Assembly: GCA_013265495.1 (NCBI GenBank)
Contig: MU057999.1
Coordinates: 806,001 to 870,000 of the forward strand
DNA length: 64,000 nt
Reading direction: 5' to 3'
Source: Vicugna vicugna
Lineage: Eukaryota
Position 1 is the stretch's first letter. Each line of letters starts with the position of its first letter. Position numbers and translations under genes: made by a program. Positions 24,261-35,190 of this stretch are shown piece after piece. The notes below the pieces were generated by a model that was not told where the DNA came from, did not search any database, and was given only the letters and a program-made list of their open reading frames with translations.

Positions 24261-26200
24261 TTTCCAAGACAAACCTGCTTGGGTGCTACCCCCAAAAGAG
24301 AATGTTTGAGGATCCCCTGAGACGGTGTTCCTTAGCTGGCTCATGGCCCCTTCTAACAGAGCAGTTACTGTGTCTGGACCCTGGGTCTTTGCAATTACCC
24401 TCCTCATCATCCCAGCAGCTGCAGGTGAGGGAGCAAGTGTGAGTGACGGGGAGGGTTGGGTAGAATGAGTAGTGGCTGCCTTAAAGCTCTGGGTTATCCC
24501 CACAGGGACTGCATCAGCATGGCCCTGTGATGGCCAGCGGTCGGCCTCCTTAGGGGAGTTAATACAGGTAATTGCACCAAGCTATTAATGCAGCCAAGGG
24601 CAACGTCTGCAAAGAGTCCAGATTAGAATGGAACCATATGGGCAGCTATTTGATAGCAAGCATTGGATGCAGTGTCACCATGTGGTGACGCGGGGGCTGC
24701 CAAATTGCCCCTCACCTCCGATGCCTGCATCTGCTCTTGTTCCCCATGTGGAGGGGACCCCTTCTGCTGTAAAATCCTTGACTTTCTGGTCCTCTCCCGT
24801 CCCTCTGTTTTCCCTCGGGTGCATTCTGGTGGTTCTGAGCCTCACTGGACACCTGAGAATAAAGGACACCTTCTCACAACAAATTGACAAAGGATGGCTT
24901 GATTCTGGGGAGCAGCTTTGCCTGCCTAGGAGGGAACCGATGATCTGCACCCCCTCTTCCCCCACACCAACTAGGGAGTTCCAGGATACTAGAGTAGCTC
25001 TGATGTGGTTTACCTGGGCCCTTAGGAGCACATCTGAAAGACAACTCCCATTCCAGGGGGAGGCCCTGTGCTAACAGTCCCTCTCCTCTCGCCTCTTCCA
25101 CTCCTTATAATTTGGATCCAGTACAATTAATCAGACTGTAAGAGAGTCCAGGAACATTAAGCAGAATTTGCCATTTTCATGCAAAGCTGAGAGACATGGC
25201 TATTTCACATGTAGTGATTAGACGTTTTTATGGCCAACCTATCACATTCCACACCACAGATTTCCAATAAATAAAGGGAGGCTAGAACGGGGCCTGCCAG
25301 TCGTGTAACAATCCAACTAACAATATCGTGGGCAGAACTGTGCTTTCTTGACATGTAATTTATTCAATTACATGAGTGATCACATCACTTCCTGCTTAAG
25401 TTCCTTCAGTGTCTTTACATAAATTAGAACGACGGTGAGGACCTTAACAGCTCCCCTCTGTCCTGGTACTTGTCCAGAGCACCGTGCGAGAATATTGCAC
25501 ATGCCTCCTCCACCAGGCTGGGTGTCCCAGGAAGCAGGGACCCTTGAAGAGCACAGGGCCCGGCACCCAGAGAGAGCCTGGCAGAGGTTGGCTGAGTGGA
25601 TGGATGAATGAATGATCAGTCAGAGATACTGGGGACATTTGCTGGTGGGGACGGATGGGGTAGCGTCTCATGGACCTGACATGGCTCGGGTTTCAGCCAT
25701 AGTTCACAAAATGACATTTCTAGATATTGGACACATCACTTGGAATTTTCTCTCTCAGCCTAGACCCTTAAACCTAAACCATTAAATTAGAATTCTGCCC
25801 ACTTAACAACCTGGGCTGGGACATAAATGGGGAGAACATGAGCCAGTTCATGCCCTCATGGAGAGAGGAGAGGGGAGAGGAAGAGGGAGAGAGAGGAACA
25901 CATGCCTCTGAGTGAGTGGGGGCCCGGCACCCACTCCCCTGATTCCCTCATGCTCCCTGCGACCTGACTGTCTAGCTGCCCTGAGTGTGATAAAGGATTT
26001 GGCCTTAAAACCTAATTTACCCCCCCGCCCCAGGTAAGGGAAACCTTTTCTGGAGGTGTGTTTGCCACCTCTGATGGTTTGGGGATTCATCCTGAATTTA
26101 TCTGTATATGGATAACCAACCATAGTGGTTATCTTTCCATCTGGTCAGCATCTGAGCAATCATAGTGTCTTTCTTAGTTGAGGAAGTATGGCAGTGGGGG

Positions 26201-26670
26201 TGTAATGGAGCAGGACCCTGTGGCCTTCCCGGGACAGACCTCTCCCCCGTATCCTCTGCTGCAGCTCCTCTCTGAAGTTCCCAGATTACAGTGTCTCATG
26301 TATATTTCCCGAGCTTTTCAGATGCTTAAAACCACCACCAAAGGGAAGAAATTAATTACTTGATGATCGAGAGCACGTGGCCCCCAGACCTTGTGGAGCC
26401 TACGGTTGATGGTGTTGACCACCGTTACCTCCACATCAACCAGTCAGAATTGTGCACGAGCTGATCACGTACCCTGTGACCCCTCTCCCTTATTTGGCCT
26501 TTAAATATGCTTTGCTGAAACCCTTCGGGGAATCTGGAGTTTTCTTGGGCATGAGCCACCCCATCCTCCTTGCTTGACCCTGCAGTAAATTTCTCTCTGC
26601 TCCAAACACAGACGTTTCAGTTTGTTTGGCCTCATGGTGCGTTGGGCACATGAACTTGCCTTCGGCAACT
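26201..26670 (+). mobile_element. solo ERV LTR (ERV1-like, 470 bp)
   Basis: Starts TGTAA and ends 'ggcaact' (variant of ..AACA). Flanks gggg/ggga form a near 4-bp TSD. TATA-like tttaaata at 26500-26507 and polyA-like agtaaa at 26584-26589 are in U3-R-U5 order. Confidence 0.8.
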
Positions 26671-27259
26671 GGGACTGATTTCTTGCTGCTGTCAGTTCAC
26701 AAATTCTGCTCACGGCTGCCTGTCGTGCAACCAGGAGGTGGTCGTGCCCCACCCCTGCCCACTGCCCTTCTGGAGAAGCTGGACTGGCACGGGGATGGCC
26801 ATTGAAGGACGGTCCCTTTGTGGATCTAGGTCAGCAGGTGGTGGCGGACAGTGCCTCTTGACATCCCTGAGGGAGAGATGGTCAGGGTGGGCTTGAGGGC
26901 AGTGGGGACCCTCCTCCAGTGTGGGCTAAAGAACAGAAGCAAAGAAGAACAAGAAGGTGACATCTGTTTCAACCTCGGATTCCAGTTTCAGCAGAGTAGC
27001 CTTTATTAGGAAGTCGGTGGGCAGGGCTTCAGCACTCAACTTGGGCTGATAGTTTTCAAGCAGGTACTGAGAAAGGAGAACAGGGCGTCCTCCTCTCCAG
27101 ACAAACATTGGTGGGAGCAGAAATTCATCTGCTCTGTGGGTTGGTCTGGGTGGAAACTTGATCTCAGCAGGGCCATGCAGGGATGCTGGCGGACGTGCGG
27201 GCAGCCTGTGGCTGATGGCTGCAGCACTGCCCTCGCCTCCAGCCTCCGGGTGTTTTCTA

Positions 27260-27730
27260 GTGCAATCCAGAAATTGGGATTTTTATGTTACATCTTCACT
27301 TTTTAAACATTAGCAACAGATTTTTTTAAATCGAAATACAGTTGATTTATAATGTTGTGTTAGATTCTGGTGTATAGTGCAGTGATTCCGTCATACATAC
27401 AATATATATATACTTTTTCAGATTCTTTTTCATTACAGGTTATTACAAGATATTGAATATAGTTCCCTGTGCTATACAGCAGGACTTTGTTGTTTATATA
27501 TTTTATACATAGTAGTTAGTATCTGCTAATCCCAAACTCCTAATTTATCCCTCTGCCCTCTTTCCCCCTTGGTAACCATAAGTTTGTTCTCTATGTCTGT
27601 GAGTCTGTTTCTGTTCTGTAAATAAGTTCGTGTCTTTTTTTAGCTTCCACATATGAGTGATATCATATATGTCTCTGACTTATTTCACTTAGTATTAGCA
27701 ACACATTTTAAAAACATTATACACTGTTCC
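27260..27730 (-). mobile_element. MER102-like hAT element interrupted by an L1 insertion
   Basis: 'aatccagaaattgggatttttatgttacatct...ttttaaacattagcaac' continues after the L1 as 'attttaaaaacattatacactg'. Confidence 0.5.
27325..27693 (-). mobile_element. 5'-truncated young L1 3' end (artiodactyl/camelid type)
   Basis: Reverse L1 3'UTR 'cagttgatttataatgttgtgttag...ggtaaccataagtttgtt...ttccacatatgagtgatatcata'. 16-bp TSD attagcaaca(g/c)atttt at 27309-27324 and 27694-27709. Confidence 0.92.
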
Positions 27731-28669
27731 CCTTCCCAGACTCAAGGGACTCACGGCTTGTTGGCTTTAGAAGGCTGCAGGCTGGCCTGGACTGCCTGGC
27801 GGGACTTCAGTGTTAAATACCTCAGGGGCACACAGTGATTCTCGACACCTCGTCTGAAAGCACAGACTGAAGTCACTGCTAACATAGAGACACGGTCCTC
27901 TTTCTTCTTGCTGGAGAGTTTTCAGGAGACACCCCAGCGTGCGGGCTGCATTCATTGTAGGAGTTACCTGGAGGCCTGTGTATAGAGTCTGGACTCCCTG
28001 CTACCGTAACTGGAGCCCCTTCCCTCTTATCTCCTTTGCAGACGGAGCCGACACCGATGCACCCCCTGCGAGCCCAAAGTCTCTGTCTGAGGGGGACTGT
28101 CCACTTCCCTCCCCTCCCTCATCACTGACCTGGGTGGCCAGTAGGCCAGGCCTTTGCACCACTTCTGGGGGGTCCTGCCCAGAGCTTGATTCATGTCCCA
28201 AGGAACTGGCCTCCCACAGGGCTTGCTGGCACCTGGACAAAGTCTTCCGGGGTGGAGGCCCTGCCCAGGAAGCAAGACGGCTCAGCTCCGACTCCGGCAG
28301 GTGGCTCTGTTGGCTCCTGGGGAGAATCCAGCCTTGTCCCTGATCCCCTTCCATTTGAATCAGCCAGGAACAGCTGACCTGCCCGCCTGGCCCCTCACCA
28401 GGGCTTTGTGTTGGCGGGCAGAGGGGAGCAGAAGGCCAGCTGGGAGGGAGAGCGTGGGCAGATGGCGGCCCTGCCGGCAGTGGGGAGGGCGCACACGGGC
28501 AGTCTGCAGAGGACCCGGCCCGGGGCTCCCGCGGAAGGCTGGGGCACGGATGGACCTGTGGGGAGTGGGGGGCCGGTGGCTTTCAGGGGACCCCCCAGAG
28601 TCCTGGGCAGCACGGCCCTGTAGACTTGTTCTGCCTTGAGCCTCTGCATTGATGCCGCCACAGTCGCCG

Positions 28670-28812
28670 AAAGTTCCTCAGCACCTCTGAGCTCTCGTTT
28701 CCACATCTATAAAATGTAGATAATAACCACCTCTCAGCGTGGGGATGAGCTAATGTTGGTAAGAGGGCTTGAAACACCGTAACTTGCCACACCTAAGTGA
28801 GATGATTATTAT
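28670..28812 (+). mobile_element. MIR SINE fragment
   Basis: 'cctctgagctctcgtttccacatctataaaatgtagataataa'. Confidence 0.75.
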
Positions 28813-29027
28813 GTTTACCTCTTTTTATTCCACTTCTTGAGTGCTTATTTTTCGTCCAGGTCTTTAAAGCAAGCATTTTAAAGACATCCAAAATGGAACA
28901 GGTCAAGGAAGTGGCCACAGGGCCTCTTTTCAGCCGTTGTTATCTCCGGCTGGAAGGGAGACTGTTGCCTCCTCCCGCTAACTAGCCTCCCAGCACCCAG
29001 CACGGGCTCCCTGCACCATCCTCCAGG

Positions 29028-29046
29028 CAGCCTCCAGGGGGCGCTT
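29028..29046 (+). promoter_or_regulatory. candidate CTCF site
   Basis: cagcctccagggggcgctt is close to the CTCF core consensus CCACCAGGGGGCGC (1 mismatch). Motif only. Confidence 0.5.
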
Positions 29047-29429
29047 TCCGAAACCGCGCCCACGATCTTGTCATCTTCCTGCTCTACACCCTCAGCTCTT
29101 GCAGGAGACATGTAGGCTGAGTTCTGTGCTATGCAGGGAGCTGGGCAGGAGGAGGGTAGGGCACAGTCCTGTCCCCTGGCTTATGGCCTGGGGCTCCTCT
29201 GCCCCTGCAGGGTGAGAGTCACGGCTCCCCATGTTCTGGAGCTATCCCCTGTCCGCTCCTCAGCAAGCCCCAGGCGAAACTCCCAGCACTGAATGGCCAG
29301 TGTTGTCCTTGGGACACACTCAGGCCAGCACAGGCTGGTGCTGGGCCCCCTGCCGTCTGCTCCCTCCATCCCCCCTCATCTACCAGTTTCTTGCCCAGCC
29401 TGCGTGACTCAGCCTTTGGAGAAGGGCAG

Positions 29430-29875
29430 GGGATGGACATTCCACTCAAAATAGCTCAAAGGAAAGGGGGATTTATTGATTCACAAAACTAAAAAGTTGC
29501 GTGTTCTCTGGATGCAGGTGCTCAGGCAACACCAGGACCTTATCTCTCCCATCTTGTGGCTGTGCTGTCTTCCCTGGAAGCTTCATTCTTAGGCAGGACC
29601 CCAAAGTGATGGCAAAGACGGACACCCACAAGTTTAGGCGTAAAATGTAGACAGTGTGCATCACTGTCGGCTGGTTTGGGTCATGTGACCGACCATCCCT
29701 TGTGGCTGGGGGTAATGGGCTAGGATGGGGCGGATGTTTGGGGCAGGATGGGGAGGGTGTGAGCCTGGTTGAATCCTATAGACTGAGAGTCGGGGGGAGT
29801 AGTTCACTGGAGCAGAATCAGGTGCTCTTACTAAAGAAAAGGACGTAGATGCTGGGCAGCTGGCACAGAAGATTG
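29430..29875. mobile_element. old MaLR (MLT1-like) LTR
   Basis: 'ccactcaaaatagct...atttattgattcac...ttcattcttaggcagg...gggtcatgtg...gatgctgggcag'. Confidence 0.6.
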
Positions 29876-31699
29876 CAGCCCGCCTTCCCCGACTGCTCGC
29901 ACCGCCCCAGAGGGTCACGTGCTGCCCACCTGGCCTGCTGCTCTTATCACCGTGGAAGGAGTTTTCCCTCTCGCGCCTGTTTCTCCCACTGCCCTGTGAG
30001 CTGGGGCGTCTGTTCCCTTCAGCTCTGACTCCTCACCACCTGATCCTGTGAGCCCAGGGAGGCCCATCCTCAGGCTTGCACACAAGTGGAGTCACACTGA
30101 GGAGAGTCTGGAATCAGATGGCAGACCTCGGGTTGATGCTAACGGTAACAGCCATGCACACCAGTCCAGGTCCTGAGGGTCCTGTGGTCTGATAAGATCC
30201 CCCGTTGGGGGCCACTCCTTTGTGCGCTGAGACTGTCATGTCATGGACAAGATGCCTGGAGGCCCTGAGCTTTGGATGAGGATGCTGCCCAGCAAGGATG
30301 GAGATGAGTGGTGCAGCTTCAGAGGAGCTGGTCTGCTCCTGGTTGGGGAGGAATCCACCCAGCCGCTGGCACCGCAGCCCCCAGGGAGCAGGGCCGGACC
30401 CAAAGCTGTGTCCCTTCCTGGTTGAGCACCTCTCCTTGTCCTCCTCAGACCCTCAGGGCTCCCTCCGCGATGTCCGTCATCCCCCTTTGATGGTAGCCAA
30501 GCTCACGCAGGACACTACCTTCTTAAAGGCACCAACTCTAGAAACAGTGTCACCATCTGTCAGGAGAAGGATAGTAGGAAAATTGTGTCTAATGACAAAA
30601 ACCCCAAAGTGTGTGAATAATTCGTTCACCTCTTTAACAAACTGTAGGGGTTCAAGGTTATTCCCTGTAGCAACTTTCCCTCCCGCACACGTGCTTTCCT
30701 GTGGGGGAGGGGAGGGGTGGCTCCACCGTAGGGGCTGGAGACTGTGTGTTACCTGCAGCCTCTTGTACCCGTGGTGCCGCCCCCCTACCTGGGGACCCTG
30801 GGGATGCTGTGCCTGGCAGTGTCACGCATGGAGGCAGGGATTCAGGCGAGACCCACTGCAGCATCCTTCCTCCTTCCCTTCAGCAGCAGGAGTGGCCCCT
30901 CCCGCCACCAGTTCAGCCCGCAGTGCCACCATGTCAGGTTGGGGTGAATCACACGTAGTCCCTATGGGGGTGGCTGGGGGAGGGCCAGCCCGCCCCCACC
31001 TCTGCCTCTGTGTGATTACCACCAGCCCCTCAGTAATGGTGATGGCGGACACTGAGTGTCCCAGGTGAGGATGGCCTCAGGAAGGCTGGGACTTCCTTGA
31101 GAACCTTCTGGCCCTGTCTCATTGATCTTCCTGAGGGGTATTTGTATATCATGAATTTAGAACAAGTTTCAGGCTGTTCTTCGAGCAGTTTCTTAAGAAA
31201 ATGGCCAAATGAAATGAGCTATTCCGAATAATTCATTTTCCTTCTTCCACGTTTAAATGTGCTCTTCCTTTAAATGGAGAAGCAGCCAGATGTGGGACGG
31301 GGAGAGTTGGCGGCTCCCATTAAAGTTATTAAAGGACAAAGAGAGGCTGGAAACCTCATGAATTAAAAAAACCATTGTGTTGGTAGAGGGAACTGACCCC
31401 AGGGGCTGGCATCCGCACCCCTGGCTAGCGAGAGGGGAGCTGCTCACTGAGCACCAGGTGAGTCCACAGGGCTGGGGGGCTGAGCTGCCAGGGGTGGGGC
31501 TCTCCAGGCTGTGATTTCCTCTGGCTTCCAGACAGCTGGTGGGGAGGGAGGATTTGACCCCTTTGTGATAACTGATTACAGGGATTAGGAGGTTTTCCCA
31601 GCCGTGAGTCCAGATACCGAGGGCAGAAGGGACCTCCGGGGCCACGTAACCCAGGGTTGTTCTGCTCGTCTGTTGTTCACACACCAGTCACCTTGATGA

Positions 31700-32095
31700 G
31701 TTTTGCCACATGGCTTTACTACCTGTACCATTGCTGATTCACTTCTTAATAATATAAGTGCACTCATTTGTAAAAGAAAGTTTAAATCAATCTAGTACAT
31801 GGAAAATTGGACATATGCAATCAATGGAAGACCACTGTCAAAATGAATCAGATGAAAAAAAAATGATGTGAGGCTTTAGCTAAAATCTAAAGCTGGTTTT
31901 CTTGTTTTTGAGTGCCAAGTGTTCAACAGCTGTTAAAAAAAAAATACCACACGCAAACTGAGACTTTCTCCCTTACGGAAATCAGAAGGATTGGAAAGAA
32001 GTTAAAAGAGGCATGCATTTCTCCCTAAGTCATTCAGTATGATTTAGTGTGGTGTCTGGAACGATCCTAAGATTGTTTTGAATGTCACAGCGGTG
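31700..32095. mobile_element. old hAT-type DNA transposon fragment
   Basis: 'aaactgagactttctccctt...aatcagaaggattggaaag...attcagtatgatttagtg' recalled from Charlie-type elements. Confidence 0.45.
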
Positions 32096-32189
32096 TCTGT
32101 CTCCCTGCTCACCCGGGAATCTCTGCTTTCCCCACCCTGCCCTCTTTCCTATTTCCCAGAAGGCGTAACTGAGGCTTATAGAGAGAATA

Positions 32190-32600
32190 ATACACCCGGG
32201 GTGCCCAGAGCTGACCAGAGAGCAGAGCCCAGGTCTGAAGACTGTCTGGGAGACTGGAATCGTTGGATCATTGCTCAGCCTGAAAAACCCACATCTGATC
32301 CCAATTCCAAGCCAGAAGCATTTACCAAGCAAAGATTCCATCAAGAAATGCAAAAGGGTGGATACTCAGCGGGGGAAATTGGTCTCATTTCCTGAGCTTT
32401 AGGGGAAGGGAATCAAGTTCGGATGAAGTTCTGAAAGTGATAAGACAGGTCGGCAAAGTTGTCGTAGAATGATTTATATCAAAACCTTGCCCAATACCAT
32501 CATTACCAACAAAATCAAATCCCAAGTGGGTACTGGGGGGGGTGGTCTGACTAGTAGAGATATAAGTGAGGCTGGAAAAAATCCGCATACCCCAGAGGAC
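32190..32600 (+). mobile_element. CR1/L3 LINE ORF2 (reverse transcriptase N-terminal part) fossil
   Basis: Collinear degenerate peptides across frameshifts: IHP/GVPRADQRAEPRS (CR1 IHPRVLKELADVIAEPLS), DW, TSDPNSKPEAFTKQR (TSIPGKILEQIIKQ), LIS, DEV, TLPNTIITNKI (TVPHxILIxKL). Confidence 0.62.
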
Positions 32601-34124
32601 GTCTCAGAGTTGGAGAACAAACGATAAGGCCTTCTCTGAGCATCCAGGATTCCTGTTCCCTGATAACCACCCCAAATGCTGGGCTTTTCCTGACACCGTC
32701 TTGCACTCTCTGTTCTCAGCCTTTTGCATTTGTGTCTTTTGCTTGGGGGCTGGAAGAAGCCTTACAGGAGGAAACACTCTGCCTTGGTCTGAACTGGCCC
32801 GCATGCAGCAGGCTGGACAATAAACACAGAACCAAAGGTGACAAGGGCGTTGCTGCCCTCCAGCCATGGAAGGACTGACCGGGAAACGTGGGGGTGCCCT
32901 GTGGACAGACCCGGGCTGCTTTGCTCCAGGGCTTCTGTGGAAGTGTGTTTCTGCAGGATATGTGTTTCTTGGTGACACTTTTGGGTTATGAACAGTCTCT
33001 TAGGCCAACAAGGGAGTTTTGCTGAGGAGGCACAGGGCTGGTTTGTCTGCTGCAGCGGGCACCTGCGGGGTGCAGCCCATGGAAGGTACAGGATGGTTCC
33101 ACTCTCTCTCCTCTGTCCACCCCTCTTGCCACTGACCTGAAAGGTTCCCGGAGCCAGCCAACTGGCAGTGGCCGCGTGTTGTCCACCCAGCTGGGTGTTC
33201 TTACTGGAGACAGCAGGAGCCCTCCACATAGCCAAGAGATGGCCCCCACTACTTCAGAGGGCTGGCATTGAGGGCCCATCACCAGAGACCATGGGCAGAC
33301 AGCTCGGCCCCATCACTCCTCCACTGAGATCCATCTTCTTGGGCCCCCCTCGGAGCATCCAGCCAGAGCTCGGCCGGGGAGGCTGCAGGGGGCGAGCATT
33401 TGGGCTGCTGGGCTGCGTGGCGAGGCACTCAGCACTGATGAGAATCCCAGATGTGTCCTCACAGGAAGGTTAGGCAGCTTGAAATTGGGCTTCTGGGTCC
33501 TTCTTTCAAGAAGGAAGAGATGTTACTGCTTTGAAAGTGAGAGGAAGAGGTGACGTGAGAATTACCACCTGGCCGAGGGTTCTGGGACTTGGGGTGCAGT
33601 TAAGGGGAATAAAGCTGTTCATCATTGGAGCAGCGCCATTCTCACACTCACTTTGGCAGATCAAGGGTAGCAGAGGGGCCCTGGTCAAAACAGTTTGAGC
33701 GCTGCTCTCGTGGGGGGTTCTGCGTAGACAGCCTTCACTGGCTGTGGGAGGGCCTTTTGTGAGCAGTGGCTCAGAGCCTTTGCACCAATGTCCCTAATGC
33801 AGGAAATAGCATCTCCCGGGGAGGCAGAGGCCCCAAAAGCTCCGTGGAAAGAGACGGTGTGTGTGTGTGTTTCATGTGGATGGGTGAATCAGGTGTATAG
33901 CATGTACATGGTAGCATGTTTTATGTAGCTGTGTATGTGATGTGATGGGGCCTGCAGGTATGTGCAGGCAAATAAGGGCAGGGAACTGTCAGAAGGGAGA
34001 GCCCACCGAGAAGCAAAACCCAGCCCCCAGGCTGACTTGAGAGAAAGAGGCTTTGGTGGGTGATGGATGAGACGCATCCCCATTCCAGAGCTACTTCACC
34101 TGGGGCCCCACTCGCCTCAGACTA

Positions 34125-35190
34125 ATGGGCCACAGGAGAGACCTGCTGGCAGAGGCTGAGTGCCAGCTACCTGTGGAGCTGGGTCAGAAGGGACCTCTCT
34201 TTATAAACCAGGCAAGACCTACAGGGGTGGGAGTCTTGGCCAAGGACAATGACAGGTTTGTGTCCATCAGTGGAGTTCCTCAACAGACATCCACACCAGA
34301 ATGGTAAATAAATGAATAGTTGAATTCAGTCCCTCAACACAAGCATCGATCTTATTTTTAATCCTTGGAATTCTGACTTCTTAAAAGGAGCTTGCCTTGT
34401 CAGGCAGTAGCAGAGAACGTGGAAGGGGCTGCCTTAACGCCTGGCCATAGCCAAGCACAGATTCCTACAAAGATGACTGAGCAAATGAAAAGAAGGGTTC
34501 GCAGAGGGTTAATAAAGCTTTATTGCAAAAACCAAACAAAGAATTCATGGAATGAAATGATAATGGGGAGCTGTCCAACAATATTCTTTGGGATGCATCC
34601 AAGACTGGAATCAGAGGCAAGCTAATTCAGTACTAATTTCAGGGAAAAAGATGAGGAAAAAAGGGATAATTAGAAAAGAAAATGGAAACACTAGAGGAAT
34701 CACATAAACATAAATTAGGTCCCAAAATACTACCGCAGTTAATCACAGCCAGGGGAGAATCAAATCTCATCCTATCAAGAAGAACTGAATATTTCATAAA
34801 GTATACAAAAGAAGGATGAACCAAGAGGCATGCAACCAGCCATAACTAAAACAAAAACACAAACAAACCAAAAAAAAAAAACATTTGTCAGAAATTAACA
34901 ACCGAAATGCAAGAGAGAAATAACATCTTCATTAACCAGTGGGGATGAAAAATGGACTCAGAGAATACAATGAATGCTCATATTCCTCAAAGCCCAATCC
35001 CTTTCTATTGAAATTACAGCCATAACTTTCAAAACTCTTTTTTTATTTTTCCTCTCTCAGGAGCAGAATGATTCATTGGATAGAAAAAAGAAAAGAGAAG
35101 AGAGGAAATAATTAAAGTTATAAAAATATTCCCAGTTACGAAGCATCCGAGTCCAGATGGCTGTAACACAGACTCACTATGAAGAATCAA
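34125..35190 (+). mobile_element. ancient L1-clade ORF2 fossil (endonuclease, tether, Z-domain), non-therian-like
   Basis: Collinear peptides: INQARP..KDNDRFVSISG, SIDLIF, RVNKALLQKP, EFME*NDNGELSNNILWDASKTGIRGKLIQY, LEESHK..QLITARGESNLILSRRTEY, REYNECSYSSK, LSQEQNDSLDR, EEIIKVIKIFPVTKHPSPDG. Confidence 0.78.

Noticed and set aside
30298..31068. Longest ORF (256 aa)
   Set aside because: No recognisable domain, composition typical of chance GC-rich frames, overlapping ORFs on both strands, no convincing exon structure
35041..35110. Strong-looking splice acceptor (AG at 35059-35060) and short ORF EQNDSLDRKKKREERK
   Set aside because: Better explained as part of the L1 ORF2 fossil (LSQEQNDSLDR), and no matching donor was found
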